Origin: Candidatus Iainarchaeum sp.
Lineage (GTDB): Archaea > Iainarchaeota > Iainarchaeia > Iainarchaeales > VGJJ01
DNA: 32,000 bases
NCBI GenBank assembly: GCA_030688545.1
Contig: JAUYHT010000001.1
Coordinates: forward strand, 1 to 32,000
Direction of reading: 5' to 3'
The number at the start of each line of letters is the position of its first letter. Position 1 is the first letter of the stretch. Positions 8,935-15,301 of this stretch are shown here, in pieces. The notes beneath the pieces are model-generated. The model had not been told where the DNA came from, did not search any database, and saw nothing but the letters and a program-made list of their open reading frames with translations. A program made the position numbers and the translations under genes.

Positions 8935-9531
8935 ATGGCAAAAGGATATTTCATTCAATACAAATTCATCTTACCTGATAATGTAAAACATTCCACATAC
9001 ACCTATCAAAAATTATTCAGAGCCATATATGGATATACTCAAAATGTTACCAAATCTAATGGAAAAACCTACCACTACCACCGTAAAGGGGTTTTATCAG
9101 ACACCCCCTATTATCGCCCTGGGAAAAATACTGTAATTATTCACCCCAACGCTTTTTCAAAATTTAAAAATTTTTTTATGACAGGTCAAAATCCATCTCA
9201 CAATTGGCGTTCAAAGGGAGATTGGAAGGCAGTCTATTACATGGATGAAAAAGAGGTGGATGACACCAAAATCCTGGCTGCTATGGAGGATTTGCTCGAG
9301 AGGACCTATTTATCCCCCACTGGCAAGAATCCATTAAAAATAAATGATGAAATGAGCATATTGTTGGACAAGCACCGCCTCCAAGAAAACATTGATGAAA
9401 CCCGCAAAAAAATCGTTCTTCAAGAGGCTCAAACCATCACATCCCATGAATGGTTCCGGATATCGCACACCAAATCAAAATTATTAACTGAATTCAATGA
9501 CAAAGTTAAGTTATTGAAGGGATTGAGCTGA
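8935..9531 (+). CDS. 198-aa hypothetical protein (low-GC module)
   Basis: Long ORF with a GGGGGG SD-like motif upstream. K/N/Y/I-rich. I recognise no family. Its 3' end overlaps the convergent 9511..9978 gene by 21 nt. Confidence 0.6.
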   Translation: MAKGYFIQYKFILPDNVKHSTYTYQKLFRAIYGYTQNVTKSNGKTYHYHRKGVLSDTPYYRPGKNTVIIHPNAFSKFKNFFMTGQNPSHNWRSKGDWKAVYYMDEKEVDDTKILAAMEDLLERTYLSPTGKNPLKINDEMSILLDKHRLQENIDETRKKIVLQEAQTITSHEWFRISHTKSKLLTEFNDKVKLLKGLS

Positions 9532-9978
9532 AGCGGGAACCACCGCTTCTTCCTCTTCTTCCAGACTGATCATCAACGTTTTTTTTCGCCATCTCATTTT
9601 TCCCCCCGCAACATTTACCTCTAGTAACCCAGAATCAACCAATGTCTTCAAATAAGGGTATAGACTCCTCTCATTCTTATATTCGACTTGAAATAACTCT
9701 TTCACGCGACGAAGTATTTCATCCATGGCGGTCCACTCATCAAAAGATAGCACGTGGCTGATATGGTAGGCTTGGGTATCCTCTCGGAACTTCAAATAGT
9801 CCCATAAATTGACTATCCTAAAACGTGGCGAATGGTTAACATTTTCTTCTGTTATTTGAGTGGTTAAAATAGTGGTCTGGGTTCCTTTTTGTGGTCTCTC
9901 AGTAATAGGTTCCATATCGACCCATTGTTCTATCTTTCGTATGGTTCTGAAAAGGGACCGTAGGACATTTTTTATCAT
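9511..9978 (-). CDS. 155-aa hypothetical protein with a probable C-terminal winged-helix DNA-binding domain and an acidic tail
   Basis: The segment WTAMDEILRRVKELFQVEYKNERSLYPYLKTLVDSGLLEVNVAGGKMRWRK looks like helix-turn-helix plus a beta wing. The gene sits directly behind the GTAATTAC array. Confidence 0.55.
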   Translation of the reverse strand: MIKNVLRSLFRTIRKIEQWVDMEPITERPQKGTQTTILTTQITEENVNHSPRFRIVNLWDYLKFREDTQAYHISHVLSFDEWTAMDEILRRVKELFQVEYKNERSLYPYLKTLVDSGLLEVNVAGGKMRWRKKTLMISLEEEEEAVVPASAQSLQ

Positions 9979-9988
9979 GGTAATGATA

Positions 9989-10077
9989 GTAATTACCGTA
10001 ATTACTTAAAAACTGTATGGTAATTACTAGTAATTACCAAAACATATAAAATAATGAGATATAAAGTTGGTAATTAC
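9989..10077. promoter_or_regulatory. array of five perfect 8-bp palindromes GTAATTAC (operator- or iteron-like)
   Basis: Perfect copies lie at 9989-9996, 9998-10005, 10020-10027, 10030-10037 and 10070-10077. Degenerate copies lie at 9979-9986 and 10159-10172. The motif occurs nowhere else in the window. The first pair lies between a TTTTTAAG box and the ATG at 9978. Confidence 0.65.
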
Positions 10078-10294
10078 CAAATCTGTTAATAAGGGGGTTG
10101 AATTTCATTCAGTGAGTCTGAAATAATCATAAAATATAGTTAATATATTAATAAATTGTAATTAACGTTAATAAAAAAGGTAAAAAATTGAAAACGAGGG
10201 GTCTTTTTTCAGTTATTTTACCCAAAAAAGGAAAGGTGGAAAATATTGAGAGATCTAAAATTCAGTGATCTGGATTATAATCAGAAAAAAGGGA

Positions 10295-10369
10295 TAGCGG
10301 GGGAAGGATTTGAACCTTCGATCTTCGGGTTATGAGCCCGACGGGCACTCCAGGCTGCCCCGCCCCGCT
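10295..10369 (-). tRNA. tRNA-Met (CAU), archaeal initiator type
   Basis: Hand-folded cloverleaf: AGCGGGG / CCCCGCT acceptor stem with A1:U72, anticodon arm TCGGG-CTCATAA-CCCGA with three G:C pairs, T arm GAAGG-TTCAAAT-CCTTC, discriminator A. CCA is not encoded. Confidence 0.88.
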
Positions 10370-10494
10370 ATTAAGTATTAACGTTATTCCGTTAATCGTA
10401 TGTTGAATCTATTAGGCCATTTCAGGGCAATTAATCTTAGGATCATTTGTATTTTAATATTTTGGATTGTCCTAAAATGTGTGTTTTGCAACCC

Positions 10495-11034
10495 TCATAC
10501 ACTCTTTTGCAACGCTCCAAGTTCCCTTTTGAGAAAGGTGATTTGAGTTTGGATATTTTTATTTCTTTTAGCGGAATCAATGGGTTGCATCATATCCCCA
10601 CATTCGGGGCAATGGAATTCATATTGGGCGGCAATCTCAAAAGCCGTCTCCTCACATTCCTTCCCGCAGGCAAAAAATTCATGTGATTTATCGAATCGCG
10701 CTTTCTGTTCCAATTTCTGAAGCTGTTCCGAATGCTGTTCGATAATAAGTTCCACAATCCGTCGTTTCTTGATCTCCCACGTATAGGTATACCACCCTGA
10801 ATTCTTATTTTTGGTTTTATTATAACAGGCGATCCCCCGGTAATGAAGGCGATTCAGGATGCTTCTTATTTCGGTTATCTTGAGTTTTTTCAATTTTTTC
10901 TCGATATCTTCATCCAAACAATCCCCATTCCGGTCCATGCAAATCCGGACCACATCAACAGCTTCGTCGCCCCCCACTGTCTTGAGAAAATCTTGTGTTA
11001 TCTTATACCCTAATATGTCCCCACTCTTTCCCAT
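10495..11034 (-). CDS. tfe: transcription factor E (TFE alpha)
   Basis: 179 aa. It has an N-terminal winged helix (ITEIRSILNRLHYRGIACYNK..WYTYTWEI) and a C-terminal zinc ribbon (CGKEC...CPECG). Confidence 0.85.
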   Translation of the reverse strand: MGKSGDILGYKITQDFLKTVGGDEAVDVVRICMDRNGDCLDEDIEKKLKKLKITEIRSILNRLHYRGIACYNKTKNKNSGWYTYTWEIKKRRIVELIIEQHSEQLQKLEQKARFDKSHEFFACGKECEETAFEIAAQYEFHCPECGDMMQPIDSAKRNKNIQTQITFLKRELGALQKSV

Positions 11035-11052
11035 ATCATCATTAGCCCTAGA

Positions 11053-11601
11053 TTAGGTTTTAAATGGATGGAGCCGCACATCTTTTCCTTTGGGGTTGGG
11101 GAAGATGAAAATATTTTCCCCAGGAAAATCTAATTTCTCTTCTCCCCCATCCATTAAGTAATGTAGAAATACCCCCAGTGCCGCCACTTCCGAATGGGGT
11201 TGCCGCGTGATGCTGGTATTCCGATCGGCTATAGTATACACCTCTGCTGGGACTTTTCCCGACCCAATAACCACCACCACGTTCTTGTTTCTTTTTTTCC
11301 TGATCCATCGCACGGTTTTAGGGGCTTCTTCCCCATACATGGTGAGGTGGATGATGATCCATCCCATTTTTTTTAGCTGGCGGATCCTTTGAATGATATT
11401 TTTTTCATACGCCACTTCGAATGCTCCCCCAAATCTCTTCCTGACTTTTTCCACTGTTTTCCGAATATTCTTATCCAATGAGTCGCTGAGGATGATGCGT
11501 TCAGCCCCGAAGGCCCGGGCCACCAAGGCGCAATGGGTAGTAATTCGAAGGTCTCTATACCCGCGCTCGCTCAGCCGTACAACAATAATATTCGGTTTCA
11601 T
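11053..11601 (-). CDS. trm56: tRNA (cytidine56-2'-O)-methyltransferase aTrm56 (SPOUT family)
   Basis: It shows family-typical motifs: VVRLSERGYRDLRITTHCALVARAFGA, HLTMYG, VVVIGSGKVPAEVY and ITRQPHSEVAALGVFL. Its ATG overlaps the upstream gene's stop (ATGA at 11598-11601). Confidence 0.85.
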   Translation of the reverse strand: MKPNIIVVRLSERGYRDLRITTHCALVARAFGAERIILSDSLDKNIRKTVEKVRKRFGGAFEVAYEKNIIQRIRQLKKMGWIIIHLTMYGEEAPKTVRWIRKKRNKNVVVVIGSGKVPAEVYTIADRNTSITRQPHSEVAALGVFLHYLMDGGEEKLDFPGENIFIFPNPKGKDVRLHPFKT

Positions 11602-12449
11602 GGGTTCACACGGAGGGTGAATGTAGCAATACCCTCTCCCGAGGAAAAGGTTTCAGTCTCCCTAAAATAGGTTTGTCCGCCCCAAGCTTTTTCCAATTCG
11701 GGATCAGGCGCCGTGGGAAACACTCTCACGACATATATTCCAGGGGGGGCGGTAGGTAATACAATCCCTTCTATTTTCACGCGTTGCACCCAATCCGCAT
11801 CGAAGGTGGGAAAATTTTTACCAATCAATAGGTTTTGTGGGGTGAAACGGATACGGACGATTTTCTCCAGATCATTGAGATTGAACCGCGGTACCTCGTC
11901 AGGAGTGGCGGGTTCATAATCCAATTCATACCTCAACCCCATTCCTTGTCGCTGCGTGACCCCCCATGAAGCTCCTATTAGTAAATATCCTTCAGTCTCT
12001 GTTTCTCCCCGGGTGATGGTCGCTTCCTGTTTTCCCGGAGTGCCCATTATCCCAACGCTATAGGGAATGCTCCCATCCCCCCCCACCCAGAATGCTTTTC
12101 CCACTGTCTCGAATGTCGGGTAAAATTCAGGTTGAGTGTATATGGTTTCAGGCACTATTCCCACTACCCCTTTTTCCCCTGAGTAGGCGCGTTCCTTCCA
12201 TTGGTCGAAGTCTTTGGGGACGGGCGGGAGTTTAGCCGTGATATCATTCTCTTCCTCTATCCCATAGACTTGGGCGAAGAAAGCCCGTGCTTCCTCAACC
12301 GTTACCCCCTGTTGGTGGGCATAACCTCTAATCAATCCTCGCTGGTCCTTCCTATTATCATCCACCCCGTCAGGGTTTCCAATTTCCACTATTTGGTCGC
12401 TTACGCACCCGGCTAGGATCATAATCATTAACAACCCCCATCGCCACAT
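11598..12449 (-). CDS. partner protein A: ~283-aa exported lipobox protein, paralog of 20525..21328
   Basis: I prefer the ATG at 12449 (MWRWGLLMIMILAGC, lipobox-like L-A-G-C), 1 nt after the stop of the 923-aa gene. It shares motifs with partner B: QPEFYPTF/QPEFFPSF, GKNFPTFDADWVQRVKI/GPTFPKFHPNWVHPVTI and FTLRVNP/FHLIVSPA. Confidence 0.75.
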   Translation of the reverse strand: MWRWGLLMIMILAGCVSDQIVEIGNPDGVDDNRKDQRGLIRGYAHQQGVTVEEARAFFAQVYGIEEENDITAKLPPVPKDFDQWKERAYSGEKGVVGIVPETIYTQPEFYPTFETVGKAFWVGGDGSIPYSVGIMGTPGKQEATITRGETETEGYLLIGASWGVTQRQGMGLRYELDYEPATPDEVPRFNLNDLEKIVRIRFTPQNLLIGKNFPTFDADWVQRVKIEGIVLPTAPPGIYVVRVFPTAPDPELEKAWGGQTYFRETETFSSGEGIATFTLRVNP

Positions 12450-12450
12450 G

Positions 12451-15222
12451 TCAATTCCTCGTCTCGAAATTCTTATTATGGTCACCCGCATTAACGAAAA
12501 TATTCATATCCCCGCTGAAACACAATTGATTAGTGTCTCCTCCCCCCAGGCCGGTAACCAACCGGGCGGGGGTGATAGCATTACTCTGGTTGTATTGCCG
12601 GCATGTCGTGGCGGTTGGAGGGGTAGTGGTTCCCGTCACGCTGCAGTCCTTTTCCCATCCTCCCAACCCATTATCATCACTCCCGCACCCGCTTCCGGTC
12701 CCCTGCCATACCTTCAGCACAATATTCAAATCCGTTCCGGTGAAGGCGCTGCTGAAATTTCCATCTAAGTCCACGCTGCTCCCCCCCACGTTCGTAATAG
12801 TAAAAGGAGATAGGGTTTCGCTTTGGCAAAAATTGGTGGAAGTGGGGTAATAGGTGAGATTCAGATCGAGGTAGTCGATCGTCATACAGCTTTGTTTATT
12901 CCCGGTGTCAGTCGAGGCCGGCACTCCGGTTACGAGAAGGGTGATATTCCCGTCGGTGGACACGTATTGAGGGATATAGTTGCTTGTGTTTCCACTAATG
13001 CTCCTTCCCCCGGGTGACCCATCTCCTGTTCCGGGTAGGGAAGCGATCGTTTCGTATAGGTTGCGTGTGTAGTTCCAGATGAATATGTTTAGGTCGGCCG
13101 GATTGTATGTCGATGTTCCGCAGATTGAACCCAATGGGCCGGTTCCACTGTTTCCTACGAACATGACATTAATATCCACAATGCGTTGAACGTCGGTGAA
13201 GGTGGGTCGGAATACCGCACGCATCGCGGGGTACACGGTTGTCGTTGTCTCAGACTGAGTCCAGTATGATGTATCATCAGCGGATATATTGGAATAATTG
13301 GTGGTGGTGAATTCCACGGATGGGGTGTCATTCGTAAACGGTGGTTTTTCCGTGACATTGCTCTTATACCCGACGTGCGTTGAGCTTGGTTCCGAAACCC
13401 CGTCAAAATTCTGGTCTTGGGTGAATGTTTGGAAGTCGAACCGGATAGGTCGCGGCTTTATTTTGGCCGCATTCCCATCGGCGTCAGGGTCGAATACCGC
13501 ATCATGTTCATTAAAAAAGAAGGCGCTGGCCGTGCAATTCCCTCCATAAGTAATAGTATGTCCGCTCGTCGACACCACATTGAATATGAATAGGGTTGTT
13601 GCCGTATCTTTCGCCTGCGGAATGGTGGCGGTGGGCCATTCGATAACCTCATATCGATATTCAATTGATTGCCCGGTATCCGATCGCCATAAAGTAATAG
13701 TATTCGTGGCCGTCAAACGCAGGTTGATGTGCCCTCGCGGAAGGGCAAACCCGGTGCCAGTGCTCGTGGAGGTTTCCCCAAACACGGAAGATTGATTCAG
13801 GTCAAATACCGTGTCGATGGTTTCCGTCCAGGTGTCCGGCTCGCTCTGCCCGGTCCCCCGGCTCCCCCCCCGTCTTTGGACACTCATTTTATTTCCATCC
13901 CCCTGCGTATTCTCGATGATCCATACCACTGCATCGTGGGCCACGTTAGCCCCGGATTTCAACTGAAATGATAGCGTACTGGTGTCCTTGAGATAAGCCA
14001 ATTGCCCCAATTCATCTAACCCGCCATTCGATGTTCGCAATTGGGATTCGATAAATGTCTTGTTGATATCCCCTACTGTGGGGGAAAAGGTCTCAGTTTC
14101 TTCAGATCCAGCGGCCGAATACGTATGCGTCACCCGCCGCACATTGGCCCAATGTTGCCCAATGAATTCAACCACCGCGTAACTGACGTGCGCGGTTCCC
14201 GTTGTATCCCCCCGTGTGAAGGTAGGCGTATTAGTCGAATCCGTCCAGGCCGAGGTGAATAATGCCCGATCCCCCGTCCCATTGGCCGTCTGGTCGGCGG
14301 ATTGTCCCGTGATAAATATGGCGACTTTATTATCATCCGCCACCACCCCGACGGCTTCCCCCGTGAGATTACCACTGGCCGCCGTGGCCACGCTGGAATC
14401 CCTCACAATAAACTCATTATCCCCTCCCGGTGGTCCCACGTATTCAATTATTTCCCAAGTAATGGTGGTGTTCAGGGTCCCACTGCTCTGTTCGCGGGCG
14501 AAGGTAATGGCGCTCAACAGGTTTTGGGGATTTGAAACGTATGTAAAGAGATAAGCCGGGTTCTGGGTGGTTTGCCCGATTTGATTCCCGCTCGCCGTGA
14601 GTCGGGTCGCGGTGTGCCGGATGAATGCTTTGTTGATGTCCGCCGGGGCATCATAATTGACGTCGGCGGTAATGGTCACCGTGCCCACATTCACTGGGAT
14701 GACGGCTTCTCCTCTCTGGATATGGAAATCCGCCGTCTGATTGTAGGCATACTCTTTCACTTCCCCGAAGGAAAATTCCAATTGATGCTTTCCCCAGCTT
14801 TCCACCCGGCTCCGTTCATATATGGTTTCGTCGCATTCGAAGTTTGGAATAACCCATTCATCCCCCTCCCATTTTTCCTCCAATTTTTCATCCCCGCAAT
14901 AAACCCCCTCCATTGTCAAATCCCCTCTCAGTCCATCAAACCATTTGGTTTCTCCCGCCGGGGCAATCCGCAGGTCCGCTTTTCCCTCCACCTTCAAACG
15001 CACTTCCCATATTCGGTGGATAATAGGGTTTTCCTGCGGATTCAAAATAGTGAGCGCAGGCGTCGTTTCAGGGGGATAAAAAAAAACGTCTTCCTCCTGG
15101 ATCGGCAAAATTCCTCCATCTCTTTCATCCTCCATTCCCCCCGCCCCGGCCGCGGAGGCCATCCCCATGGCGAGCAGGATGATCCACCCCCCCAATAATC
15201 CCCCTTTAATCCAATAGCGCAT
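12451..15222 (-). CDS. 923-aa exported giant protein with no membrane anchor, many N-x-S/T sequons and an internal four-fold repeat
   Basis: Signal peptide MRYWIKGGLLGGWIILLAMGMASA. There are four ~90-aa repeats, each with a D[IDL]N[KQ] start motif and a hydrophobic-x-[VI][IV]E[YFNW] end motif. The C-terminal domain contains Cys. No TM segment at the C-terminus. Confidence 0.85.
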   Translation of the reverse strand: MRYWIKGGLLGGWIILLAMGMASAAGAGGMEDERDGGILPIQEEDVFFYPPETTPALTILNPQENPIIHRIWEVRLKVEGKADLRIAPAGETKWFDGLRGDLTMEGVYCGDEKLEEKWEGDEWVIPNFECDETIYERSRVESWGKHQLEFSFGEVKEYAYNQTADFHIQRGEAVIPVNVGTVTITADVNYDAPADINKAFIRHTATRLTASGNQIGQTTQNPAYLFTYVSNPQNLLSAITFAREQSSGTLNTTITWEIIEYVGPPGGDNEFIVRDSSVATAASGNLTGEAVGVVADDNKVAIFITGQSADQTANGTGDRALFTSAWTDSTNTPTFTRGDTTGTAHVSYAVVEFIGQHWANVRRVTHTYSAAGSEETETFSPTVGDINKTFIESQLRTSNGGLDELGQLAYLKDTSTLSFQLKSGANVAHDAVVWIIENTQGDGNKMSVQRRGGSRGTGQSEPDTWTETIDTVFDLNQSSVFGETSTSTGTGFALPRGHINLRLTATNTITLWRSDTGQSIEYRYEVIEWPTATIPQAKDTATTLFIFNVVSTSGHTITYGGNCTASAFFFNEHDAVFDPDADGNAAKIKPRPIRFDFQTFTQDQNFDGVSEPSSTHVGYKSNVTEKPPFTNDTPSVEFTTTNYSNISADDTSYWTQSETTTTVYPAMRAVFRPTFTDVQRIVDINVMFVGNSGTGPLGSICGTSTYNPADLNIFIWNYTRNLYETIASLPGTGDGSPGGRSISGNTSNYIPQYVSTDGNITLLVTGVPASTDTGNKQSCMTIDYLDLNLTYYPTSTNFCQSETLSPFTITNVGGSSVDLDGNFSSAFTGTDLNIVLKVWQGTGSGCGSDDNGLGGWEKDCSVTGTTTPPTATTCRQYNQSNAITPARLVTGLGGGDTNQLCFSGDMNIFVNAGDHNKNFETRN

Positions 15223-15301
15223 GGGGGTTCAACGTCCTGGAAATTAATAAAGCTGCCCAGCATGCCCTCATCCATTAAAACCCGGTTCGCGTAGGGGATG
15301 C
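15223..15301. promoter_or_regulatory. 79-bp bidirectional promoter region between the two giant genes
   Basis: TTTATTAA (minus sense, 15243-15250) lies ~24 nt from ATG 15222. CATTAAAA (15273-15280) lies ~26 nt from ATG 15302. There is no room for 5' leaders. Confidence 0.5.

Larger units (their letters stand above)
7356..10294. mobile_element. candidate integrated-element remnant: recombinase gene plus a low-GC three-gene module ending at the 3' end of tRNA-iMet
   Basis: The tRNA 3' end faces the module. Spot counts on 60-nt lines inside 8935-10140 give ~27-28% G+C, against ~43% in the recombinase gene and 55-60% in nearby surface and permease genes. I could not find a duplicated tRNA fragment (att), so this stays tentative. 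Confidence 0.3.

Noticed and set aside
10273-10282. The 10-bp palindrome GATTATAATC, 13 nt beyond the tRNA-iMet 3' end, as a candidate Xer dif/att core
   Set aside because: It lacks the two-arm, ~6-bp central-spacer layout expected for Xer-type sites. It is a short AT palindrome in very AT-rich DNA, and no second copy was found near the recombinase gene.
12448-15275. Plus-strand ORFs overlapping the 923-aa gene (for example 14572..15198, 14216..14554, 12448..12768)
   Set aside because: These are shadow ORFs. They have no start context and Arg/Pro/Gly-rich junk composition, and the minus-strand frame is continuous for 923 codons with domain repeats.
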